Positions 1 through 12,230 of a stretch of 64,000 nucleotides of DNA are shown one piece after another. The stretch comes from Octopus sinensis. Taxonomy: Eukaryota. Both the position numbers and the translations under genes were made by a program. The stretch is from contig NC_042998.1 in NCBI RefSeq assembly GCF_006345805.1, positions 176,948,001 to 177,012,000 on the forward strand, written 5' to 3'. The notes under the pieces were generated by a model, which was not told the DNA's origin, ran no database searches, and saw nothing but the letters and a program-made list of their open reading frames with translations. How positions within the stretch are numbered: the stretch's first letter is position 1; every line of letters starts with the position of its first letter.

Positions 1-960
1 CTATTACTTTGATACAAGACATACACGACAGAAGAAGGTAGAATTTTTTTGTTGATATACCTCCAAATATTGTTTTTGTTTCTTCGAAAAGCAGACTCAT
101 GCTTAATATTTGTCTGATTTGTAACATCAGTTGAGCTGTTTTGTTACCTCAAATGTTGTTCAAATTTTTTGTCCTCACCACTCAATGCCACAGTCTCTTT
201 ATTCAAATGTATTTGTTTTTGGGATTATCATATTTTCTGAGTACTTTTCAATGTTACTGTTTGTGTTAGTAGGTGCTCTGCTAGTTTAATAACCATCATT
301 TTTTTTCTTCTATTTTGTCACTTCATTTCATTCAACTGTGATTTTGTTTTCAAATTTTCTTGAAATTCACAGTGGGAAAAGGGACGTGTACGTTACTTCC
401 CTTTTTGCAGTTGCTATCTGTTACCGTTAAGAAACCATACTGGAATACAGCTAAATGAATTTTTGTTAAGTATATAATAAAACAAGGCCTATTTTTCCAC
501 TAAAAGACAAACAAGGTGGAGGACACTGAAAAATTTCGAATTTTGCCCTGTTGACAAATCAATTAAAAATTTTTTTCCATAGATATAATTCAAACCTTTG
601 TTCGCGTCAAAACAAAGAAACAACAACAATAACTTCAACATCAGTAGCAACATAAAAAATAATAATTGAAAATTTATTTATTAGCGCAAATGCCTCGAAG
701 AAAATAGAACAGTACAAGGACAGTACAACAGACAAAGCACAAACATGGCGGACGGTGTTTACGTGTAAATGGGAGTAAAAAGAACGACTATAAACAAAAC
801 AAGATATTCCATCAAAAATAAAGTTAACCAATGGGTGGAGGTCACCAAATCTCATGAAACCAGGATCTCTCTGGCTACAAGGGCAAGTACCCTGTCTCAG
901 AAATTGTTTTACTACGTTGTGCACATGCTCGGCACAGGTCCATTAATACGTTACAACTGT

Positions 961-1072
961 GCTTACGGCCATATCACGTTGAAAGCACCGGTTCTCGTCC
1001 GATCACCAAAGTTAAGCAAAATCGAGCCTAGTTAGAACTTTCCGCTTGGGAAACCTAGTTGTTGTAAGCATT
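961..1072 (+). pseudogene. 5S rRNA pseudogene with box C deleted
   Basis: GCTTACGGCCATATCACGTTGAAAGCACCGGTTCTCGTCCGATCACC...GTTGTAAGCATT matches the metazoan 5S consensus with pairing ends. About 10 nt (GGATGGGTGA, box C) are missing and there is no oligo-T terminator. Confidence 0.9.
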
Positions 1073-1081
1073 CCATTTCGA

Positions 1082-1225
1082 TAGGCGCAGGAGTAGCTGT
1101 GTGGTAAGTAGCTTGCTTACCAACCACATGGTTCCGGGTTCAGTCCCACTGCATGGCACCTTGAGCGAGTGTCTTCTACTATAGCTTTGTGAGTGGATTT
1201 GGTAGACGGAAGCTAAAAGAAATAT
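1082..1225 (+). mobile_element. tRNA-derived SINE family A, 5' part
   Basis: Head GGCGCAGGAGTAGCTGTGTGGTAAG...GGTTCAGTCCC (A/B-box-like) is shared with many copies in the window. Confidence 0.8.
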
Positions 1226-2516
1226 GTCATATATATATATATACATATATGACACCGTGACCGACCAGGCTATCAGATGTTGCTACACATCGCTGGTCAC
1301 AATGCGCTTCGCATTGTTTTATCCTTCAAATGACGCCACCCCGCTGTCTACCCTCGACTGCTACAAATAGTTGTATATCATTAGGAAGGTTGATCAGGTC
1401 AGGTATGGCTTCAATACTAATTTGATCGGCGAGTTATCAATAATCACTTACCAGTACCTGACCAATTTTCCTTTCCCATTTTGTGTATTTGAAGAACTCT
1501 TGTTTTATTCTCTATGCCGTATTATATGGTGCTTCCAGCAATGTGATGTCCACATCTAGTGACACCACCGCTACCTTTATTTTGATTACCCTCTGGCCAA
1601 GATATGAAGGAATTATATCCATAATTCCTCACTTTTGAAGATTGTCGTCGCACTTTCGTAGCTAATCGTTAGCTGGGAATTTTATCTCAACTGTGCCAAA
1701 GCGTCTCTACAGACAACATAAGTTTTCAACCCCCAGGCTGTTCTTAAGCATATTTCGATCTGGGCCTGCGTCGCTCGCTCCAGTCTGCTAGTCTTTGTTG
1801 AGATACATTTGTGCATAATGGTCTTTTCTTAGTGTCTTCTTGTATTTCCTCTGGCACGTTTAGGAAGAATGATCTGCCATTCTTTCTTAAGTGTGCTTTG
1901 GCGTCACTTAACGTTTTTTCTGCCAACTCAAAATTTCAAATTCAAATTTTAAACAAGTTTGTGTGAAACCGTTCGCATTTTGCATAGAAATAAGAACTGT
2001 TTTTATGATGTTAACTTTTGTGTTGGTGGTGGCGGTGGTCGTAATGGTGGTGGTGGTGGTGGTGGTTGTGGGGAGGCGGTAGGGTCTGCGCTTTTGTCAT
2101 TTTAGATTTTATTTCGCTCGTTACTGCTGCTACTGTCTCTGTTGTTGCTACAGCTGCTTCTGTTGTTGTTGTTGTTGCTGCTGCTGCTATCTGTACTTCG
2201 TCTCTCGACCACATCAGCTAGTAGTGGAAAAAGAATGTCATAATAGCTGTTCCAACAGCCATCACGTCCCTCGATTTGGGAAGCCATATTGATATTTTTT
2301 GTTTCGTAATATTAAATTTTCAGTTTAAAATTTTAAAATCCTCCCTTAAAGGAGAAATTCTCGCCAAGCCCGCTCGCTTCGCTTGCAGTGCGCTGGCTTA
2401 TCTTGTGAACAGTTAAAACAATTTAGAATACCAACTGATAAAACAACAAATTTAAAAAAAACTTACGAACCACAAACAAGCATCCATTCCTTCCAAACAC
2501 AGCCATGATGTAATAC

Positions 2517-3046
2517 ATGTCCTGATGCAGTACCAGGCATTTGCTCTCATCGCTTTTGACCATAACTGATTGGAAGTGCTATCATGTACATGTTGTCTTC
2601 CTATAAAAGGATGGACTGCAGCAAATATTCTGCTCAATACCACAAATTTGCTGGTCATTTGGTTGACCTTAACCAGTTGAGCATGCCCCTTAGTGGCTGA
2701 CGATGTGTGCATCTCTGATCACAAGCAGAAGTAGTGGGGGAGCATCATAGCTATGTGTTGAGAGGAATTCTTTGGGGTCTGAATAATTCACCCTTAGAAA
2801 CATGGGTGTTTCGTTCAACATCTTTTCAGCGGGATGGGCTACTCGACCTGAAGAAAACTCTAACTGGGCCCCACCTGCAAGGTCATGCGCTGTTTATCTT
2901 GATATAAGATCACCATATCGCGCACTTATGGTTGTGATGCAGCTGCCTGGTGTACCTTTATCATACTAGTAATCGTGATGGGTATATTGGGCTTCGTATA
3001 TTTGTACCTCTGTGTCGCTTTGATGGCATACGCTGCTCTCTCACTC
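2517..3046 (+). mobile_element. Non-coding ~530-bp element (family X) ending in a degenerate AAT/GAT array
   Basis: Homologous to the reverse complement of 57981-58497 and 57687-57904. Ends CTCTCTCACTC followed by a trinucleotide repeat. Confidence 0.75.
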
Positions 3047-3087
3047 AGTACTGATCATAATAACAATGATGATGATAATGATGATGA

Positions 3088-3642
3088 CAGTCTGGGCAGA
3101 GCACAGAAATGGCACAAACACGAACCAAAAGGTGTCACAGAGAACAATGAATATAATATACAATCCACTGTGACTCCCTAATCGAAGCTCGGAGACCAGA
3201 CATTGATGTGGTAGAGTAAAAAAAAAAAGTAAACTAAGATTATAGATATTACCGTACCTGGGAATGCATGCGTAAATGACAAAGAGCTGGAAAAAGCTAG
3301 AAAAATACAGACTACTAAAAGACGAAATTCCAAGAATGTCGGCAATGAGTACAATAGCTCTTATCCAAATAGTTGTAAGGGCACTCTGAGAACTAATAAC
3401 CAGGTTCGAGAAACATATCGAAGAAATTGGAATTGGCATGAAGGTAGAGGAAGGCCTCAAAGACTGCTCTGTTGGGGACAGCTAGGATTTTGAGGCTGGT
3501 GCTTGGTTGTTGAGTGTCTTCCAAGATAAGTTAACATCCATGTACCAAAGCTTATAATTTGTGGAAAGAGATTCGGTGAGACCTCTGACAACAGGTTGCT
3601 ATCCGCCCTCACATATTCAACCAGAGTAGAAGCGAGAGTAAA
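3088..3642 (+). mobile_element. R4/Dong-like non-LTR retrotransposon 3' fragment (RLE domain)
   Basis: Frameshifted translation KWHKHEPKGV..RRPDI..IIDITVP..KELEKLEKY..KTALLGTARILR. (GAT)n lies on both sides. Confidence 0.85.
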
Positions 3643-4003
3643 ATGATGATGATGATGATGACGACGACGACGATGATGATGATGAGACGATGATGATGAT
3701 GACGACGATGACGATGATGATGATGATTTCTTTTGAGATGGGGGCGATACAAAAACAGACATGAAGTGTAGAGACTTAATTTTACAATCGGAAGACGCTA
3801 GCGATGGCTGCTTGAGAAAAGCGTCACGCCATCTGAATTGCCCTATCCATTAGGTAGGCGCCTTCTCTCTACTAGCGTCCTTCTACGCTTAGAGCAGGCC
3901 CATTTATGCTTGCAGGCAGTCTTCCTCTAATTTAGAAAAAAGACTAGCAATTTTGAAAGTAGGGCCTTAGTCGATACCATCCGCCTCAGTATTAGACTCT
4001 CTC

Positions 4004-4213
4004 TCTTTTACTTGTTTCAGTCATTTGACTGCAGCCATGCTGGATCACCACCTTTAATCGAGCAACTCGACCCCGGGACTTATTCTTTTGTAAACCCAGT
4101 ACTTATTCTATCGGTCTCTTTTGCCAAACCGCCAAGTAACGGGGACATAAACACACCAGCATCGGCTGTCAAGCAATGCTAGGGGGACAAAACACACACA
4201 CAACAAACACAAC

Positions 4214-4273
<60 letters not shown>

Positions 4274-4444
4274 TATATACGACGGGCTTGTTTCAGTTCC
4301 GTCTACCAAATCCACTCACGAGTCTTTGGTCGACCTGAGGCTATAATAGAAGACACTTGCCCAAGGTGCTACGCAGTGGGACTGAACCCGAAACCATGTG
4401 GTTGGTAAACAAGCTACTTACCACACAGCCACTCCTGCGCCTAT
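4004..4444 (-). mobile_element. SINE family A, full length with internal (TA)n
   Basis: Complete head and tail matching the other copies. Confidence 0.85.
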
Positions 4445-4829
4445 AGACTGATACTTATTTTTATTAACTCCCGCCTGGATGAACGAAAGACAAAGATGTA
4501 GAAACGAAGATGAAATGATGTAGTAACTTATCGCAGTTTCGATTTCAACAGGGGACATAGATATGATAAAAAAGAAAGTGTGAAGAACAACTTGATGCAT
4601 TTCTCCATTTTTTTTTAGAAATGAACTAATACTGAGTGCATACTATAAAATGTACTTTTAATTTATCTAAGTATGAATAAATTAAATGTGACGTGCTATA
4701 AATTTTTGACTTTTCCCTCTTAATTTAAATTATAATTTTGCACCTCTACACTTACGAATTTTGTATCTATATATAAACATTTATAAATCAATATTTAGTA
4801 CCATTTTATGGTTATAATTTTATATCAGT

Positions 4830-5115
4830 ATTTTCACAACTTAATATATTTATTTTCTCAATTTTATATATATATTTTCTCATTATTTATATATTTATTT
4901 TCTCAAATTTTTATATATATTTTCTCATTCTTTATATATTTATTATCTCAATTTTATATATTTTCTCAATTTTATATATATATATTTTCTCATTCTTTAT
5001 ATATTTATTTTCTGAATTTTATATTTTCTGAATATTATATATTTATTATCTCAATTTTATATATTTTCTCAATTTTATATATCAATTTTCTCAATTTAAT
5101 ATTTCATTTATTTTT
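4830..5115. repeat. AT-rich minisatellite (TATATTTTCTCAATTTTA-like units)
   Basis: Repeated degenerate units visible directly. Confidence 0.75.
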
Positions 5116-5277
5116 CACTGTGCACTAGTTATACTTGTACTTTTGTATCACGTATATACAAAACATTTATTTCCCCAGACCTCTATAATTAGTGTGTTTT
5201 GTGATATATTGTAACGTTGAAAGTTAAATGAAAGACGCTCCTACTATTCAAGTAGCTGAAATTAATTAATCACTTAC

Positions 5278-5310
5278 CTTCTCTTGCCCTAGGTCATAGG
5301 TAATGACTCT
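5278..5310 (-). CDS. Putative 33-nt internal coding exon (RVITYDLGQEK) of an unidentified host gene
   Basis: Pyrimidine-rich tract then TAG acceptor, and an AAG|GTAAGT donor. Only the phase 0/0 frame is open. Confidence 0.45.
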
Positions 5311-5351
5311 CTAAGCGACCGTACAAAATAGCCAAAGACAGAAAGACGGAA

Positions 5352-5353
<2 letters not shown>

Positions 5354-5440
<87 letters not shown>

Positions 5441-5534
5441 AATAATAATGATAATAATAATAATAATAATAATGATGATGATGATGAAAATGATAATAAT
5501 AATAATAATGATGGTGATGATAATAACAATAATG

Positions 5535-5580
<46 letters not shown>

Positions 5581-5603
5581 CAATAATAATAATAATAATA
5601 ATA

Positions 5604-5641
<38 letters not shown>

Positions 5642-5724
5642 AATAATAACAACAACAACAACAACAATGATAAATACAATAACAGTAACGACAATAACAA
5701 CGATACTAGTAGTGATAATAATAA
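5354..5724. repeat. (AAT)n/(GAT)n/(AAC)n compound microsatellite
   Basis: Direct inspection. Confidence 0.95.
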
Positions 5725-6197
5725 TGTCGTCTTTATTGGGTAAAATGGCATCGAAGGAAGGACATTACAAACATGAGAAACCTACAAAAATAAAAAATGA
5801 AAGACAAGTGAAGAGCTGCGGGTGTTACATCGACTGAAATTATTTCTTTTCTTCGCTATAGTAATAGCACAAACAAAGGATTTGCATCATGTTACAATTA
5901 ATTTTGTAAAACACCAAAACATATCATATCATATCACATCATATTATATATATATATATATATATATACATATATGACGTCCTTTACCCATATATACATG
6001 TATATATACATATCCATGTAAGTATGTACATATATGTAAGTATGTACATATAAGCATGTATATATATATATATATACACACAAATACGTACATACATACC
6101 TATCAGTATATACACATATGTATACATGTGTATGTGTGTGTGTATATATATATATGTGCATGCATGCATATATGTATCATGTAAGTATGTATGTATG

Positions 6198-6236
<39 letters not shown>

Positions 6237-6517
6237 ATAAAGGGATTTGTATGATTGTGTATAGAGGGATATATATCATTCAAAGGAATTCCAACTCTGA
6301 TTTTTATGTTTTATTTATATTCTTTATAATATTAATGTAGAATATAGAATATATAGTATAAAAAGTATACATAGTGGTATAATGAAATGAAGTACTGATT
6401 GCCTTATTGAATAGATGAAATATTGAATATCAAATATTAAGGGACTAGTATACTTTCTTGCATTATAGCAATCTTTAAGGTACTCCTGTCACAACCTGGG
6501 ACCTTTTATCCTATATA

Positions 6518-7795
6518 CGAGGGGCGTTCAATAAGTAATTCCCCTGACCCATTTCCCATAGCAGTAGAGCAACGAAACTTGGTACAGTTATTAGTCTTTT
6601 TCTACATAGGAACCACTCAGAGTTACGCATTTCTTCCATCGTTTGATGCAACTCTGGAGACCGTTTTTGTAGAAGACCCCAGCTTGGTCATCCAACCACG
6701 ACGTGACTTCAGAAATCAAGGCTGCATCATCTGGGAAACGCTTTCCTTTCAAAAACAACTTCATGGCTAGGAAGAGGTGAAAATCAGAGGGTGCAAGGTC
6801 AGGAAAGTAGGGGGTATGGGGGAGGAGTTCATAGCCGCATGCCTGTGCTTCTGATCTGGCGACACGCGAGTTGTAGACTGGAGCGTTGTCCTGCAGGAGG
6901 AGGATGCCTTTGCTGATCTTGCCCCGCCTCTTGATTTTGATAGCTTCTCTTAATTTCCTCAAAAGTGAAGCATAATAGGCTCCTGTAATTGTGGTACCCT
7001 TTGCCAGGAAATCTGTCATCACTACTCCGTCCTGGTCCCAGAAGACTGTGAGCATGACCGTGCCAGCGGAGGGCTGCACCCTTGCCTTCTTTGGAGGAGG
7101 TGAGTCACGAGCTTCCACTGCATTGACTGGGCTTTGGTCTCTGGTTCATAGTGATGGACCCAGGTTTCATCCTGTGTAATGAGTCTTATGAAAAATTTTG
7201 ACTCATCTTCTTGGCACAACTCCAAATTCATCCTCGAGCATTCAACGCGTTCTTGCTTCTGGAAAGGTGTGAGCAACCTGGGAATCCATCTGGCAGACAC
7301 CTTTTGCATATGCAAATGGTCATGAATGATAGTTTCCACAGACCCGGTACTAAACTTGACCTCATGGGCTATTTGGCGAATAGTTATGCGTTGACCTTCC
7401 AAAATGGCAGCCTCAACTTGACGGACAGACGTCTCATCAACGGCAGAAGGGGGCGACCAGATCTGGGAGCTGTTTCCACAGAGTTCCAACCATGTTTGAA
7501 TTCACGATGCCAGCGTTTTACAAGGTCATATGATGGGGCATCATTACCATAAGCTACTTTCATTTCATCAAAAGTCTCCCGTGGTGTGCGTCCTTTCAAA
7601 TACAAAAACCGGCTCAACAGGCTCCATTTCACACTTGACTCAGTTCAAACACTTGTATATCAGAAACCACAATTAGTTCAGAGCTGTAATTTGCCATTTA
7701 ATCTATAGAGATATAAATAATTGCACATGTAAATTGCACATGTAAATCAAACAACTGCAAGTGGGTCAGAGGCATTACTTATTGAACGCCCCTCG
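6518..7795 (-). mobile_element. Full-length mariner DNA transposon (irritans-like), 1278 bp
   Basis: TIRs CGAGGGGCGTTCAATAAGTAAT..CTGACCCA (2 mismatches) with TA on both sides. Confidence 0.96.
6591..7632 (-). pseudogene. Mariner DD34D transposase split over three frames
   Basis: WIPRLL, ITQDETWVH, LLQDNAP and PYFPDLAPSDFHLF motifs; ends GSYVEKD. Confidence 0.93.
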
Positions 7796-7960
7796 TATAT
7801 ATATATAACACGTCTGGTGCCTTCGTGTACTCCTCAGGCTGTGAGCACGATCTGAGGATTGCATGAAGGCACCAAGACGTGTTAAAAATGCTTTTTGAGA
7901 TGCTTTCATCACATGAAACTATTAGTAACTAATAAAAATATATATTGTGTTTATTAGATA

Positions 7961-8045
<85 letters not shown>

Positions 8046-8516
8046 GATTCTGGACATTACACTACATTTCACACGTATCAGTCCACCTGTATGCCATACT
8101 GTATGTATCGCATTCCTTACATTCCCAGTGAAAATAACAATATCCCTGATCAACCTTTGAATGAAATGTATTTCCACAAAATACTCTATATATCTACTTC
8201 TTACGTATTATGATATCTACCAGTCAAACCGCCCTCACACACACACACACACACACATATACGAGAGTATGTGAGTGCAAAATATACAAAATTGTATGGA
8301 AACAACGTATTACTGAAATTTGGAAAAATAGACTTGAAAGCCGTATGGCGCACATCGTATTAAATGGACAATTTTATTGTATATCTGTTTACCTACAAAA
8401 CAATATTTTGGCGAAAAAGCCCTATTAAATTCATGTGAATTATAATATTTTTAAAGATGTGCTCGAAATTTCACCTTGAACAGTACGTCAATCAGTATGT
8501 TGAATACCTATTTCTT

Positions 8517-8868
8517 TACTACACTCGCCTCCTTATGAGAGCTCAAAATCTCTCTTGGAAGCGCCATCCAACCAAAATGCAAATATATGGGAAATTACCA
8601 CCTGTGTCATCTCTTGTGAAAGGTAAGAGAGTCCAGTTTGCTGGACATTGTTGTAGAGCTGAAAAAGAGGTAATTTCTACTCTTCTCCTCTGGAAGCCAT
8701 CTACCCGCAATACCAGAGGGCGCACACTCTCCTACCCTGATGTAATCTCCAGGGATACAGGCATCCAGCAACAGGACCTCCGTAATGCCATGATGGACCG
8801 TGAAGTCTGGCGTAGCATGGTAAATTCCATTGTCTCGACCACGGTCGTACAATGATGAATGATGATGA
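8517..8868 (+). mobile_element. RTE-like LINE 3' end with (ATG)n tail
   Basis: YTRLLMRAQNLSW..RVQFAGHCCR..AMMDREVWR then a stop and an ATG repeat. Confidence 0.8.
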
Positions 8869-9190
8869 TTTCTACCCACAAGGGGCTAAACACAGAGAGG
8901 ACAAACAAGGACAGACATAGGTATTAAGTCGATTACATCGACCCCAGTGCGTCACTGGTACTTAATTTATCGACCCCGAAAAGATGAAAGGCAAAGTCGA
9001 CCTCGGCGGAATTTGAACTCAGAACGTAACGGCAGACGAAATACGGCTACGCATTTCGCCCGGCGTGCTAACGTTTCTGCCAGCTCGCCGCCTTTTCTGC
9101 CAGCTCGCCGCCTTTTCTGCCAGCCCGCCGCCTTTTCTGCCAGCTCGCCGCCTTTTCTGCTAGCTCGCCGCCTTATCTGCCAGCTCGCCT
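8869..9190 (-). mobile_element. SINE family B with a tandemly amplified 5' end
   Basis: Core GTCGACTTTGCCTTTCATC..GGGGTCGATAAATTAAGTACCAG plus about 6 copies of a 20-bp head unit. Confidence 0.85.
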
Positions 9191-9620
9191 ATGTTGAATA
9201 CCGTTGCTTCTTCTCGAAATCTCTGGTTGATGAACGATATCTCGTTTTAAATCTCATCTGTGACATGTCAGGCTTTGTGCCTCAAGCAGAAACGATTGTC
9301 ATTGCTAGCAATAATGCTTCTTTTACCTCTTCCCTCTTTCCTTCCAGAAGTGTGAATTTAACTTTTATCTTTTACTTGTATTAGTCATTGGAACCGCGGT
9401 CATGCTGGGGCACTGCCTTCAAAAATTTTAGTTGAACAAATCAATTTCAGCACATATTTTTTAAAAGCTCGGTGCTTATCCTATCGGTGTTCTTTGCCGA
9501 GCCGCTAAGGTACGGGGGCATAAACACACTAACACCAGTTGTCAAGTGTTGGTCGGGAAGTGACACAAAGACATACATACATACATACATACATACATAC
9601 ATACATACGTACATACATAC

Positions 9621-9866
9621 AGGTTTATACCTGTAATTATTGGGGTCCTGGGATATGTAACACACTGCCTAAATACCAGTCTTGAGAAATAAGACTTCTC
9701 AAAACCAGAAAGGAGAAAATTAATTCGAAGGCTACAGATCCAATCCATCACTGGAACAATAAAAATCTGTAAAACTTTGCAGAAGTTTATCATCTAAATA
9801 TATATGAGCATGTCTAGATATGCAACTATATGCATGAGAATACATACATAAAACATACAAATCTGC
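9621..9866 (+). mobile_element. R4-like (RLE) element 3' end flanked by (CATA)n
   Basis: RFIPVIIGVLGYVT..RRLQIQSITGTIKICKTL then a stop. CATA arrays lie on both sides. Confidence 0.75.
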
Positions 9867-9889
9867 ACATACATACATACATACATACA

Positions 9890-9925
<36 letters not shown>

Positions 9926-10035
9926 CATAAATACCATGTTGTTGATGTTGAAATTCCAATGATGGAGCCTTAGATTTGAAGATTGGTATTTAGGCAGTGT
10001 GTTACATATCCCAGGGCCCCAATCGGTGTTAGTGT

Positions 10036-10081
<46 letters not shown>

Positions 10082-10085
<4 letters not shown>

Positions 10086-10266
10086 GGTTCTGAAAAGTTC
10101 CTGGCTTTAAGGGTTTCGCGAAAGGCCTGGTTGGTGGGTTGGATAAACTGAAGGATTGCTGTAATTATGCGAAACTGAGAGAAGAATATGTTGAATAAAG
10201 TTATAATTAACTGATCATCCTGCATTTTTTTTTTTACCCAAAACCAGGAACTTTTCAGCACCACAC
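10082..10266 (+). mobile_element. Internally deleted mariner / MITE
   Basis: Inverted ends CTGAAAAGTTCCTGG; retains the transposase terminus KLREEYVE*; TA-flanked. Confidence 0.75.
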
Positions 10267-10748
10267 ATATATATATATATGACAAACTTCTTTCAGTTTC
10301 AGTCTTCCAAATCTACTCACAAAGGCTTTGATCAACCCGAGGCTATAGTAGAAGGCCCAAGATGCCTCGCTGTAGAACTGAACCCAGAACCCAGAACCAT
10401 GTGGTTAGGAAGTAAACTTCTTATAAGACAGCCAAGCCTGTGCCTAAATTTGAATGATTTTTATATAAAAAATGGAAGCAAATATATATATAACTAAATA
10501 TATATAACGTTCTAATGGGTAATTTGTAAGCTAAACATTAAAGTGAAATTTGTAGTGAATTTCTTAATGTACGCTAATTTTCATGAACCCTAACGATATT
10601 GTTTTGTGAATGAATAATTTTTGTGCATTTAAAAACATATTACACCAAACAGCTTCTTATAATTGTATTCAATAAGTGTTGGCGTCACGTGTATGCGAGT
10701 CTAGACAGATAGATAGACAGACAGATAGCTAGATAGATAGATAGATAA

Positions 10749-10817
<69 letters not shown>

Positions 10818-11292
10818 GGATAATAGATAGATAGATAGATAGATAGATTCTCAGCCGTATATATATATAGTATATATATATATATAATATATTATATATA
10901 TATATATGCGAACTTTAAAATTTTTCAATCCTTTTGTAGCCTGTCTGTTGTATAGCAAAGCACTGTTCCCATAATTATGTGAAAGTCTTCGATAGATTTC
11001 GGTCCATGATGAGCGACTGTGTATGTTTCCATTTCCACCCTGCTACCAACAAACGAACACTGATACCTGAACGATGCACTTCTTTGGAGCCTAGAGGAAA
11101 CGGAGAGACAAGAGCAAGTTAAATGATGTTTCATGTCTACAGATGCGACGTAATTTCATATTTTCCTAGCAATAGGAAACAAATTACTAATGTTTTAACG
11201 GATAAAAGACTTCCACTTGTATGTACCTATTAATGTCTATAAATCTATTTTATAACGGAGGAAACTTTATGCAATTTTATCTTTCAAGGACC

Positions 11293-11720
<428 letters not shown>

Positions 11721-12182
11721 GTGTATGCATGTATGTGTATATAACGCTTCATATAAATGTAACTCCTTTGTTCTTAGTAAAAAAAAAGCCAAAAAAACAT
11801 TAAAAAAAAGAGCGTTTCATTCCGTTCCCTTTTTCTGTCTTTTTCCTTTCCTTCTTCTCTTTCTTTTTCTTGTCATTTATCTCAAACGAATCACTGTTGT
11901 CATTGATTGAACTATTTCTAATTATTCCTTGGCAAAAACACTTCAAGATGGTTATTTTCTTTCTTTCAGTTTATTGTTTTCTTTGTTGCTTTCGTTTTAA
12001 ATTTGATTCGTTTTGTTATTCATTTGATTGTTGTTGTTTTTGGTGTTGTTGTTGTTTTTGGTGTTGTTGCTGTTGTTGGTGGTGGTGATGGTGTTGTTGT
12101 TGTTGAAGCGATTGTTATTCTGATATAATTCCTTCATTAGCACTCCGTCGTACGCACGCACACACACGCACACACACACACG

Positions 12183-12230
<48 letters not shown>

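Larger units (their letters stand above)
9368..10445 (-). mobile_element. SINE family A interrupted in its central microsatellite by other elements
   Basis: 3' half at 9368-9570 and 5' half at about 10280-10445. Confidence 0.7.

Noticed and set aside
1445-1930. Minus-strand donor CTG|GTAAGT at about 1451 and ORF 1744-1926
   Set aside because: No matching acceptor or recognisable protein; probably decayed repeat.
2725-2745. U1 snRNA-like GTAGTGGGGGA
   Set aside because: An 11-nt match only; the rest of U1 is absent.
5725-5800. Strong-looking minus-strand acceptor TTTTTGTAG at about 5781
   Set aside because: No convincing donor; the frame runs into a microsatellite.
9074-9190. CRISPR-like array
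   Set aside because: Contiguous tandem units with no spacers, in eukaryotic DNA; derived from a SINE head.
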